Shown here piece after piece: positions 38,537-51,491 of a stretch of 64,000 bases of DNA. A program made the position numbers and the translations under genes. The DNA comes from Dendrobates tinctorius. Its lineage: Eukaryota. The DNA lies in the NCBI RefSeq assembly GCF_039654945.1, contig NW_027361690.1:81964001-82028000 (forward strand), given 5' to 3'. Numbering within the stretch: the stretch's first letter is position 1; every line of letters starts with the position of its first letter. The notes below the pieces were generated by a model that saw only the letters and a program-made list of their open reading frames with translations, was not told the origin of the DNA and did not search any database.

Positions 38537-41500
38537 CTGTTTTGACGAGTACTTCCTTTGAAAACGATGTGTAAATGACAGAGAATTGCTCTGTGTAAAA
38601 GCTCATGTTAAAATCACACTGCGTTCGGATGTACATCGGATGCTAGGTGTGAAAAATCGGATTGTACTCGCATGACACTTGTGCGACACTCGGCTGGGAG
38701 ATTCGGACCAATTTTTGATATGTTTAGTGTGACTCCAGCCATACCCAGAGAAAGGAGCGGGTCCAGAGCAGAAATGCATTGGTATTAATAAAAATCGATT
38801 AGGACTCCCGAGGCTCTTCATTCCCAAAGCCTACCAAAACTTGCAAGTTTCCATTTTTGTCATTATACATCTGGAAGGACCATTTTCTCCAGCCACAGGG
38901 CAGCAGCAGTGGCTTCTCATGCCTGTACAGAAGACCTTCATTGAGCGCTACCATCGCTTATACTTATCCTCTACCAGAGCATTGCCCTATCTTGTGTGCG
39001 CTTCTGTCCCTCTCCCGAGATCCTCATCATGTGACAAGTGACATTTCAATAACTAAGCCAGCCCAGCAAAATATTGTTGCGTTTTCCCAAGTTTCCCTTG
39101 TTGCAAGGTTGTATCCTTCGTTCTCTAGGATAAAGCCAAAGACATCTTGGGGTACTTCTGTGCCTCTACTGGCTGGAAATGCTGCTGGCATAAGTTCTAC
39201 TGGTGGCCACATGAATGTATTTATCTTGTAATTCTAGAGAATTGGAATCATTTCCTTGTAAGCTGATATTTTAGCTACAATACTTTACAAGCTCTGTAAC
39301 ATTATTTCTGTAATAACCACGTCATGTATTCTTGTTTTATGAAAAAAGCATAAAATCTAATTTCTCAAGACAAAGTATGCAGCGCTAAGGGGGAGTTACA
39401 GGTCACTTGAGAGAAGTTAATTAATAAGCACAAAATATATGAAGAGTGTTGGAAATGACAAAGCTGATACTACTGGCCAACACTGCCTGTCAACCCTTAT
39501 GACCCTTTGTACTGTTTTCTTTGCTGTTACTTAGTAATCTGCCTTGCAAAGCAACACAAAAAAAAAAAAAGAGAGTGTGATTCCATGCCCGAGTACATGT
39601 ATACATCTAGGACAGACCGCCACACTGCATGGTGGGCGAATGGTTCATTTAATCAAGACCCTTCTACGTCTTGCCAATGCCGAGTCTGCACTCGGAATAT
39701 GGAATACCGCAGGCGAGTCCTCCGGTGCTGTGAAAACCTATGCGGTGACACAGAACACAATAATTGCTGCATCTCGGATGTGCTGCATCCTGCCGCAATG
39801 CAACTAGATTCTCAGCACATGTGTGTTAGGTTATAGGCATGTATAGAAAATACTGACGTGCACTTGAACGATGGATTTTCTGCCAAGAGAACCATATGGT
39901 TATTGGTTAGAATGTATAATTTAGAAACTAACTGAGCTTCCTATGTAATCTTCTACTCATGACTGCTTCAGGATCTCTAATTAGTATAATAGTAGCTATG
40001 GGCTATATGTATAGTAGCCCGTGACCTAACCGGTTCCAGCCATTACCTTGACATTGGTGGTATAGTCAGCAGGTGACTATGCCAGATATACAATATGGTC
40101 ACGACCCATTCTGTAGAAGTGCTGGTAGCACGTACTGATCACATATCATCAGAATTACTCCTAGGAAGGTGACCCATCCTATTAGCACATTACCAGTAGT
40201 GACTGGCATCATTAGTGTTTTATATTGTCTATATAAGGCAAATAAGAATTCATTCTGCAGTGATGAAAGTGGGCACAAATAAATCAGCAGTGTATATTTT
40301 CCTGCATAAGTCTTAAAGGGTTTAACCCGTGATATCTAAACAGGAGTGCACTAGTCTCTCGCTTGCTTCTGCTTGATGGACAGTCTGCACCAGTGGCATG
40401 ATTGTGCTGTTAGCCCGAATGGCGCTACTATGGTGTTGGCAGCTGTGTCTCTGCAGCAATGGAGGAGTACAGTGGCACTGAACCAAGTTTTCTGAATGCT
40501 AAGCTGTGTATAACCTCGCCCACATCACTGATTGGCAGATTCCTATATACACTGTGCATAGGCAGAAAGTTGCCAATGAGTTGTGGGGGCGGGGTTACAA
40601 AGAGCTTATGGATATGGATGACTACATGGCACAAGGTTTACTAGTCATCTAGTCATAATATCCTGCTGATAAACCAGTGATGTTTTCAAGACTACTTCAA
40701 ACAGCCCAGTAAGTGACACATCGCTGGAATCAGGATCTCTGCCTCTTCACATGAGGTAGAAAAACCCTGGTGACAGATTCCCTTTAACTTTTATACAACT
40801 GCACATGAGTAGCACCATGAGAGACATAAAACTAAAACTTGATAAAAGAGTCAAAACCATATCACTAGTAGTACAAACTAAGGTAAGAGTCACACGACTT
40901 GATTCTTTCGAAACCTCTTCTGCTTTTTTCTTTTCCCCATTGTGACTTACATTTGTGAATGTAGCTTGAGATCTAATAAAGCTGGGGACATATTATCTTC
41001 TAGTAAAGAAAGTTAAAGAAATTGTTTTTGACTTACAGCTGCGAGACCGAACCTGACATCACTGCGTCGGCTGCAGAGGCAGTACACGATACTGCAGTGT
41101 CCGCAATACAGAAAACGGTCTTCAGAAATAGTTACATGATAAGAAATACAGACTTCACTTCCAGAAGAAATCTCCAGAGCTGGACATGACCTCGAGCGGC
41201 TTGGCAGGGAGCACTACACGGTTCAGCATGTGATTTGTGCTGCAGGCACACCTCAATTACAAGATACAGTCTCTGTGCACTTGCACCACCTCATTTCCCT
41301 GTTTCAGGCTTGGCTTATACAACTAATAGGGTGAGGCTGCCAGCAATAATGTTTTATTTTCACTAAACACAAGAAAACTATTATTTCTAGAATGAAGAAA
41401 CCATTTGTTCTGCACTCACCAAGCATCCTCAAAGCTGGTGGCACCTCTTCCACCCCCTCAGGGGAGTACCTCTACTGCCAGCGGCAAGCAGTCTTCTCAT

Positions 41501-42097
41501 ATAAATCATCATGTAACATATTTTCTCAAAAAACATTTCACACCAGAAATTGAGGCTGTGACACACATGAAAACCGTAAGTCAGGACTCAAAACATGGGG
41601 ACACAAAATTTTTGGAGGTGAGGTGTCAAAATTGAAGGAAGGTCCAAGTAATATGGACCATAAAAAGGACTTTACTGTAATGCAGAAATTGTTTTATATG
41701 TTGTCTAATATGAATGGTGTATGAGAATAAGAGGAAGGGCTGATCTCAAGAATAATACAGAAAAGGGAACCAAGAGCCATCAGAATGATAACTTGGTTAT
41801 TCTGGACAATCAATAAAGAATACAAAAAATGTACAAAAAAAGGGCAAGGCTCCATCAATATTATAGGAGACAAGACAGTCAGACACCTAGCAAACGAAAA
41901 TGAAGACATAGATAGAAATTGTATCAGTTCAGACCGTTCCTTTTGTTATAGTTGGCAGAACTACGTTGGTGCAGTAGGTTTGTCTAGAGCGGTGGTCACG
42001 TTCACATGTTCAGTATCTGGTAAGTTTTTTATATCAGTAATTGTAACCCAAAATCAAAAGTGGGGAAAAATTCAGAAGTGGTGACGCGTTTCTATTA

Positions 42098-42249
42098 GGC
42101 AGGGGTCAGACATGCGAGAAACTCGCCAGAGTCTCGCATGTCAATATCCGGAACTGCACTTGGAATCGGAGTGTGCGGCTGCATGTCTTTCTATGCCGGG
42201 TATTAAGATGCGAGACTCGTCCAAGTTTCTCGCATGTGTGATCCCGGCC
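42098..42249. mobile_element. Short Harbinger-like MITE
   Basis: TTA TSD and inverted arms acatgcgagaaact; a related partial copy lies at 54580-54730. Confidence 0.7.
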
Positions 42250-42363
42250 TTAGACTTTTCCTCTGATTGTTCCACTCCTGGTTGTGACTTACAAATACTG
42301 GGGTAAATAACTCCCCAAACACTGAATGGTGTGAATGTGGCCTGGCAGTTAAACTAAGAGAAC

Positions 42364-42698
42364 TTAAAGGGAATCTGTCACCCCTTTTTTGAGATATCAT
42401 ATAATGATATCATAGAATCGTAGAGTGGGAAGGGACCTCCTGAGCCATCTAGTCCAACCCCCTGCTCATCATTCATTCAATTGTGTGTCACATAAGGATT
42501 CTCTTAGTACTTTTGCTTCCCCCTGACCCCGCACCTTTCATGCATAAATACATCTGAACCGGTATGAAAAAAGGTATTTATGCATGAAAGGTGCGGGGTC
42601 AGGGGGAAGCAAAAGTACTAAGAGAATCCTTATGTGACACACAATTGAATGATATCATTATATGATATCTCAAAAAAGGGAGGACAGATTCCCTTTAA
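42364..42698. mobile_element. Near-perfect palindromic Kolobok/T2-like MITE
   Basis: TTAA-agggaatctgtc...gacagattccct-TTAA; arms meet at a 22-bp spacer (42552-42573). Confidence 0.88.
42410..42468 (-). mobile_element. CR1 LINE 3'-terminal stub inside the MITE left arm
   Basis: Minus strand ggggttggactagatgg...ggtcccttcccactctacgattctatga resembles a CR1 3' end; absent from the right arm. Confidence 0.75.
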
Positions 42699-45238
42699 TG
42701 CAGGCAATGTGAAGAAGCTCCACATTGACCGCAGTGTGCACTCCTGACAGATTTGTCACATATTGCTGGACGTTGGACATCTTTCTCTTCTGTACATTGA
42801 CTCTTACTTGGCTTCATTTCATTTTTGTGCTAAAGAAAAAAGTGAAAAAAGAGTGCACATAGTTAATTCATCTTGCTGTAAAACACCGATAATTATGTTA
42901 AAAAAAAAAAAAAAAAGGACTGAATTCATGTGTACATTGCAGGTGCAAAAAGTGGGAGTGACATGCAGATTGTGGCAACGACCATAAATTGTTCCTGTCA
43001 CAAGGTCCTTCTCCGGTATCACACAATCAACAGAGCGAGGGAAGTGTGAACAATCCCAAGACATTTATTATAGGCAAAATTAGAAGGTCCATAAACAATC
43101 CACCACACTGAGGATACAATAGTCCAGAACACGAATGAAGTTCAGTAACAGGATAAAATGTCCAGGGAGATGAGAGTCCAATAACCAGCAGCCAGAGGAT
43201 AAAATGGGTCCATATGCTTCCCTTTCTCTCTGACATGCTGTGTGATAAGGTGGGATGTTGTCTCTCCATCTCAGAGTCTTTTATACCCCAGAAAGGTAAG
43301 CTATTTTTAGAATTACCCAGTGTCCTTCAGTACACCCTCACATTATGTTCCCTCTTTAGAAGTCAACAAATTAGTTTCATAATATAATGCACAATTAGCA
43401 TATCAGTACGCATCAAAAGACAAAGATAAACACACACTATGTACAGGCAAGCTGCAGACAGTGAAATAGAAATATACACAAAATGTGATCCACATAGCCT
43501 ATCACACCATCACAACCCCGCACATTACAATTATAGAGACCTTGCCAACTCCATTTTGTCTTAAAGCATAACTGCGCATTTTTTTATGTCACAGCAGGAG
43601 TGATATGTCTAATACATGTAAAATACTCCCCAGCCACAGTCTTTTATTCACGGCAAAGCTCCGGTCCTATTCTGCTAGCTGTGATCTCCTGGATCACTCC
43701 AGGGTTTGCTGGGTGAGTTAGGGGGTAAGTTCTCAATGTAAGTCTATGAGAGGCAAAACGGGCTCCCACAGAGCTGCACTGAGAATTCATGAAGTTACCT
43801 CTGACATCTGGTCAGTCAAAAGCAAGATGGCAGAGTGGGAACGGAACAGTGCCGGGAAGAGCAGAAGATGGCAGGTGGTAAGTATAATACTAGGGTCAGG
43901 GAACAGATATTAGGGATACCACTCCAGTGCTGGAATAAAACTTTAAGGAATGACAGGGCACAGGGTAGCTTTGCGGTTGTCAAACTCTCCATTACAGCAT
44001 TAGTTGAAGCGAACTATAAAACATAATTGGTATATAGTAATATATGACTTCATAAAAGAGAAATATTTTAGTAACAGACCTCAGCCTGGTTTTGGCAATG
44101 CAGAGGGGAAGAATCTTATTTGCATATTTGGTGGGAATGTTACACATTTAAGCTTCTTTGGCGCAGTGTCTGAAGTCTAATTTATTCCGTCACAATGATC
44201 AATTTGCAGATGGCGCCTGATCAAACTGCTCTCATTGCTCCAATACTGAATGTGCCCAAACATTCTAGAATACTTGTTCCTGGCAGAGAGCATTTCTGTT
44301 GCGAAGACATGGAAAACTTGTACAGTTCATCTCCAGTGACTCAAGGCTAAATTAAATTGAATTATTGTGAATCATAAATCATCCAGTATTTTTAAAGGCA
44401 CATAAGTGTTTTTTGATTGAGTGTGAGATTCTGGATAACCTATGTGCCAGTGATTGACAGTATGCCGGAGGACCCTCCATCCTTTCCCAATATATTCTGC
44501 TTCTCTATAAGATAGGACTCATTCAGATCTCAGATGCTCTCGTACAAGTTCTCGCCGTGTTTTTCACAGATGGAACTAATCATACCTATTATAGCCTGTG
44601 GGGCTGTTCACACGTCTGTGTATTTTTGAAATTCTCGTATCAAGCTCACCAATGCAATTCTATGCTTCAGTGGGGTGGGTGCACAGTCTGATAGCCGCTG
44701 GTGAGTGTCCTTTATTATGTTCTTTACACTTGTGCATTGTGCCCATTGTGGACATATGATGTCCTGATGTTACATGATGAAATATGGACACTTGGTATAA
44801 TGATACAATGATGATTTTGAGGTTACCATTTCATTAATTATATTACCTTTTTCCTTTTTTACATCAACTTTGCAAACCAGTTTGCTTTCCAGTTCTGTCT
44901 CCCTTTGCTGTTTAGCCCATTCTGTTTTGGATTTGACACTATTTTTCCTAACATCCCCCTATATGGATTTGTATTTGATTTTTTAACACACTTCTGTCAA
45001 TAAATTTATATATTTTTCTACTTTATTATGTGTTGACCTATTTATCGCGTTTTTTGGAGCTTTTTTGCTCATGGTTTGTGTTGCATATTAGTGCGATAGG
45101 TCTAATTTTTTCCATGAATGTCCTATTATACTATCTTTGAGAATTGATGTAATCCTTCATTAGGATGACATTTGTCACGAGCATACTACTAATTCAGTGA
45201 AAAAAATCAGAGAGCGCTTAGATGTCATCCGTGTACTG

Positions 45239-46149
45239 TGTTATGAATGGGTCACCGAGGAGGAGAGCAGGTCCAGGCTAAGCCACAGAAAACCAGAGAG
45301 GTTGGTACCTAAGCGGATTGCAGACCCTGATCCTATCCACACAACTAGCAGTAGCCGTGGAGCGTACCTACGATGATCCTAGACGCCTCGACACAGCCGG
45401 AGAGCTAACTAAGCCTAAAGCAAGAAAGGGGAAATCTAAACTGCCCCAGAGCAGACCCCAAAGGAATAGATAGCCCCCAAGCATTTATTGTTGGTGAGAC
45501 AAGGTGAAAACACAAACACAGGCAGGAAAATAGACTGAGCAAATGATGGGGCCCACATTGACTAGACAGGACAGGAAAGGAAAGACACTGTCTGCAATCA
45601 CGCAAAAAAAGTCCTACACGTCTGATGCAAAAACTAATGAAGTCAAACGACTTCGCCCCCCACTATATCAGCACTCTGGTATATTCTGAAAGCAGAGCAA
45701 AAACAGACCAATCTAACAGGGGATAAAACAAACTGGAACAAGCAGTAACACATGGGAGGTGATTCAGCACAGCCCCAGCCGGAGCTGGCTAACCCGCACC
45801 AAGAAGAGAAAGACAAAACCAGATCAAATGCAAACAGAATAGCAAATAAACCACTTAGCTGAACATGCAGGGACAGAGATGGAGAAAGCAGACTTCAGGA
45901 GGAACAGGAAGCAAATCATCAGCAGGGACAGAGGGAGTCGGCTGACTTAAATCCCAATCTGAAACGCCAGATCTCCAATCGTCATCATCATTATCAGGTG
46001 GCAAGCCTCTGTCAATCAGATCAGCTCCATTACCTCCAGTAACCACCAGAGGGAGCCCAGAAAGAGAACTCGCAACCCCTCTGTCGATCTGACCAGCTCC
46101 ACTACCTTCCGTAATAACCAGAGGAAGGCCAGAAAGCGAATTCACAACA
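45239..46149 (-). repeat. 3' LTR of the Gypsy element
   Basis: TG...CA termini, adjacent to the PPT. Confidence 0.92.
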
Positions 46150-49100
46150 GTACCCCCCCCTTGAGGAGGGGTCACCGAACCCTCATCCACACCACCAGGC
46201 CGATCAGGATGGGCCCGGTGAAAAGCACGAACCAATCTTTCGGCATGAATGTCAGAAGCAGAGACCCAAGATTTATCCTCCTGGCCATAAACCTTCCATT
46301 TGACCAAGTACTGGAGTCCCAGTCTAGCCAAACGAGAATCCAATATTTTCTCTAACTCATACTCCAAATTGCCTTTAACCAATACAGGGTCAGAAGGCGC
46401 CACCATAGGAACTACTGGCTCCACAAACCTCTTCAACAAAGATTTATGAAACACGTTATGGATCTTAAACGTAACTAGAAGAGCCAATGGGAAAGAAACG
46501 GGATTAAGGATCTCCAAAATCTTATAAGGTCCAATGAATCTTGGCTTGAATTTTGGAGACGCAACCTTCATAGGAATATTCTTTGAAGACAACGAAACCA
46601 TATCACCCACGTTAAACCGGGGACCAATGGTCCTATGCCGGTTGGAATACCGTTGGGCTTTTTCCTCAGAGTGGGACAACTTATCCACCACTTGGTCCCA
46701 AATCTGCTGCATTCTTTCTACCACAGAGTCCACACTTGGGCAGGCCGAAGATTCCACTTGCCCTGAAGAAAATCGAAGATGAAACCCAAAGTTACAGAAA
46801 AAGGGCGACATCAAAGTGACAGAACTAGCTCTATTGTTTAGCGTGAATTCGGCCAAGGGCAAAAATGAACCCCAATCATCCTGATCAGCAGATATGAAAC
46901 ATCTCAAATAGGACTCCAAAGTCTGGTTTGTTCTTTCAGTCTGCCCATTGGTCTGAGGATGAAATGCAGAGGAGAAAGATAACTGAATTCCCAGCTTGGA
47001 ACAAAAAGCTCTCCAAAATCTGGAAACAAACTGGACTCCTCTGTCCGACACAATGTTCTCAGGAATCCCGTGCAACCGAACTACCTGTTGTAAAAACAAG
47101 GACACCAACTTACAAGAAGATGCCAACTTTGGGAGTGGTACAAGATGGACCATCTTAGAAAATCAATCACAAATCACCAAGATAACAGTCATTCTCTGAG
47201 AGACAGGAAGATCGGAAATAAAATCCATTGAGATATGGGTCCATGGCCTCCTGGGCACCGGCAGGGGCATCAACAACCCACTAGAACGAGAACAGGGCTT
47301 GGACCAAGAACAAGTCCCACAGGACTGAACAAAATTCTCCTGACATAACGAGATAAGGCAGGCCACCAAAAAGGCCGACTCACCAAATCTCTGGTGCCAA
47401 AAATACCTGGATGACCAGCCAACGCGGAGCAATGAATTTCAGACATTACTCTTTTCCTCCACTGGTCAGGGACATATAATTTTCCCATAGGGTAACGTTC
47501 TGGTTTGTCCTCCTGAAATTCCTCCAGGGCATGTGTCAAATCAGGTGAAATAGCAGAAAGAACTACACCCTCATTTAGAATGGTAGTAGGTTCGGTCACA
47601 TCAAGAGAATCCGCAAACAAACTCCTAGAAAGGGCGTCCGCCTTAACATTCTTAGTGCCCAGAAGAAAAGAGACCACAAAATAAAAAACGCGTGAAAAAC
47701 AAGGCCCACCTAGCCTGTCTAGGATTCAAGTGTTTGGCTGATTCAAGATAAATCAAATTCTTGTGGTCGGTGAGGACCACAACTTGACGTCTAGCTCCCT
47801 CCAACCAATGTCTCCACTCATCAAATGCCCATTTCATGGACAACAATTCCCGATTCCCCACGTCATAGTTGCGATCAGATGGGGAGAATTTTCGAGAAAA
47901 GAAGGCACAGGGATTCATCCTAGAAGTCACCGGATCTTTTTGGGACAAAACGGCTCCTGCACCAATCTCAGAAGCATCTACCTCCACCTGAAATGGGAGT
48001 GAGACATCAGGTTGCCATAGAACCGGAGCAGAAGTGAATCTCCGCTTAAGCTCCTGAAATGCCGAGACTGCCTCTGGAGACCAATTCACTACATCAGCGC
48101 CCTTTTTGGTCAAATCAGTCAGTGGTTTAACCAATACAAGAAAAACTACTTATACATTTAGAAATTAGCAAAACCTAAAAACTTCTGGAGAGCCTTCAAA
48201 GAAGTGGGCTGAACCCAATCATAAATGGACTGTATCTTGGCCGGGTCCATTTCAATAGCAGATGGGGACAGAATAAATCTCAAAAATGAAATCCTCTGTA
48301 CACCAAAAAGGCACTTCAATCCCTTAACATACAGAGAATTTTCCCTCAAAATCCGGAACACAGTCCGGACATGTTCCACATGAGAATCTCAATCACTGGA
48401 AAAGATCAAAATATCATCAAGATAAATGAACAAAAACTTATCCACAAAGTCCCGGAAAATATCGTTCATAAAAGATTGGAAGACAGAAGGGGCATTAGTG
48501 AGCCCAAAAGGCATCACCAGGTACTCAAAATGTCCATCCGGAGTATTAAACGCCGTCTTCCATTCATCCCCGTCCTTGATGCGAATAAGATTACACGCCC
48601 CCCTGAGGTCAAGCTTGGTAAACCAACATGCACTTTTAACTCTGGATCTCCTCATACCTTTCCAATCGCACATTCAGCGTCTCCCACTCCGACACCACCT
48701 CCTCATCTCACCCTCTCTCTGTTGGAGTCCCCCAAGGCTCTGTTTTAGGACCCATACTCTTCTCAATCTATACCCTTGGTCTGGGGCAACTCAAAGTCCC
48801 ACGGATTCCACTACCACCTTTATGCTGATGACACTCAGATCTACCTCTCTGGCCCAGACGTGACCTCTCTGCTGTCCAGAATCCCAGAGTGTCTATCAGC
48901 CATATCATCCTTCTTCTCCTCTCGCTTCCTCAAACTCAATGTAGACAAATCTGAACTCATCATCTTTCCTCCATCTCACAGATCCTCCTTACCCGACCTA
49001 GCTATAACAATTAATGACATCACACTTTCCCCAGTACCAGAAGTCCGCTGCCTCGGAGTAACCTTTGACTCTGCCCTGTCCTTCAAACCGCACATCCAAG

Positions 49101-51428
49101 CTCTTTCTACCTCCTGTCGTCTCCAGCTCAAAAATATTTCCAGAATCCGTCCTTTCCTCAACCCTCAATCTACTAAAATGCTTGTGCATGCCCTTATCTC
49201 CCGCCTCGACTACTGCAACATCCTTTTCTGTGGTCTCCCTGCTAACACCCTCGCACCTCTCCAGTCCATCCTTAACTCTGTCGCCTGACTAATTCATCTC
49301 TCTCCTCGCTACTCCTCCGCTTGTCCCCTCTGCAAATCTCTTCACTGGCTCCCATTCCCTCAGCGTATCCAGTTCAAATTACTAATACTGACCTACAAGG
49401 CCATCTATAACCTGTCTCCCCATATGTCTCTTAACTAATCTCCCGATACCTTCCCTGACGTAATCTCCGGTCCTCCCCAGACCTCCTTCTCTCCACCACA
49501 CTTATTCGCTCCTCACCCAACCGTCTCCAAGACTTCTCCCGAATAGCCCCTATTCTCTGGAATTCTTTGCCCCAACAAGTCCCACCTCTTCAAGAAAGCC
49601 TACAGCCTGCAATGACCCCTCTACCTCCTTCTCTCTCACCACTACCGGTGATATCACCTCAACCAACACCGGAACTGCTGCAACCCACCAACCTACTGTC
49701 TCCTTCCTCACCATCCTGTAGCATGTAAGCCCGAAAGGGCAGGGTCCTCTCTCCCCTCTGTATCAGTCTGTCATTGTTAGTTTGTTTACTGTAAGTGATA
49801 TCTGTAATTTGTATGTAACCCCTTCACATGTACAGCACCATGGAATCAATGGTGCTATATAAATAAATAATAAATAATAAAATAAATCAGAAATCAGGGG
49901 TAACGGGTACTGATATTTAACAGTGATTTTGTTAAGGGAACGATAGTCAATACAAGGCCTTAATGAACCATCTTTCTTGGTCACAAAAAAAAAAAACCAG
50001 CACCTAAAGGTGAAGAGGATGGTCTAATATGACCCTTCTCCAACGACTCCTTGATATAAGATCGCATAGCATCATGTTCGGGTACCGATAAATTGAAAAG
50101 CCGACCCTTGGGAAATTTACACCCGGGCATTAACTCAATTGTACAGTCATAACTCCTATGAGGAGGCAAAGACGCAGACTTACTTTCATCAGAAAAATTA
50201 GCCAAATAGTCAGGAATATCATGAGACTAGGGAGAGGTGGAGAAAACAGGAGTGTCACTAAGAACTCATTGACAACCCCAACTCACCACAGACACAGATT
50301 TCCAATCCAAAACAGGATTATGAGTTTGCAACCAAGGAAAACCCAGAACAATAGTATCATGCAAATTGTGCAACACCAAAAATTTACAATTTTCTTGGTG
50401 GTCTGGGGCGACCCGCATTATCACCTGGGTCCAAAACTGGGGTTTATTCTCCGCCAAAGGAGTAGCATCAATACCCCTCAAAGGGATAGGAGTCCGCAGG
50501 GGTATCATGGGAAAACCACAACATTAAGCAAAGTCCAAATCCATCAGATTCAAAGCTGCTCCTGAATCTACAAAAAGCCTTAGCAGAAAATGTAGACAAG
50601 GAGCAGATCAGGGTAATCGCCAAAAGAAACTTAGGCTGTTCACTGCCCACTGCAAATGTGTGAGCAAAATGCTTTTCTCGTTTAGGGCAGACAGAAATAG
50701 TATGGGAGGCGTCGCCACAGAAAAAACACAGCTTATTACGCCTTCTAAACTCCTGACGTTGCGCCCTAGACAAAACCCTATCACATTGCATGGGTTCAGA
50801 CGTTCGTTCGAAAGGCGGCAACGCCTCTCATGTAGTTTTACGTTCACTTAAACGCCGATCAATTTGAATGGCCAATGACATAGAATCGCCTAGACCAGAG
50901 GGAACAGGAAATCCCACCATAACATATTTTATGGTTTCTGCCAAACCCTTCCGAAAGAGAGCTGCTAGGGCATCGTCATTTCATTTAGTAAGGACCGCCC
51001 ACTTTCGGAATTTTTGACAATATAACTGCAGAATCCTGGCCCTGGTTCAATGCCAATAAGGTTTTCTCAGCTTGATCAATAGCATTAGGTTCATCATACA
51101 ACAACCCCAAGGCTTGAAAAAACGCGTCCACATTAGCCAAAATAGGATCTCCGGGTGTCTAAGAAAAGGCCCAATCCTGGGGATCGCCGCGCAGCAGGGA
51201 AATGACAATTTTAACCTGCTGCACAGAGCTCCCCGATGAGTTAGGTTTCAAAGCAAAACATAGGTTACAATTATTCTTAAAATTCAAAAATTTAGACCGA
51301 TCCCCAAAAAACACATCAGGAGTAGGGATTTTTGGTTCAACAGCAGATGATTGAGCGAGATAGGCAGAAATTCCCCGCACTTCAGCAGCAAGCTGCTCAA
51401 CACGATCAGACAATTGCTTAGTCTCCAT
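45855..51428 (-). pseudogene. Gypsy gag-pol, fragmented
   Basis: ORF pieces 51159-51428, 50468-50821, 49981-50205, 48389-48673, 47652-48134 and 45855-47153 fall in canonical domain order. Confidence 0.9.
48645..49883 (+). mobile_element. 5'-truncated L2 LINE inserted in the Gypsy RT
   Basis: [29 protein letters not shown]; 3' end ggtgctatataaataaataataaataa; Gypsy RT reads LPLISDLF|SRVKSACWF across it. Confidence 0.9.
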
Positions 51429-51491
51429 TTAGAGAAAAAAAAAAGAATCTCCTCCTGCTGCCCCACAAAAAAAATGAGGAAAAAATATATA

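Larger units (their letters stand above)
25920..38740. mobile_element. Harbinger-type non-autonomous element expanded by nested insertions
   Basis: 16-bp TIR ggctggagtcacacta / tagtgtgactccagcc with 3-bp TSD ATA on both sides. Confidence 0.75.
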
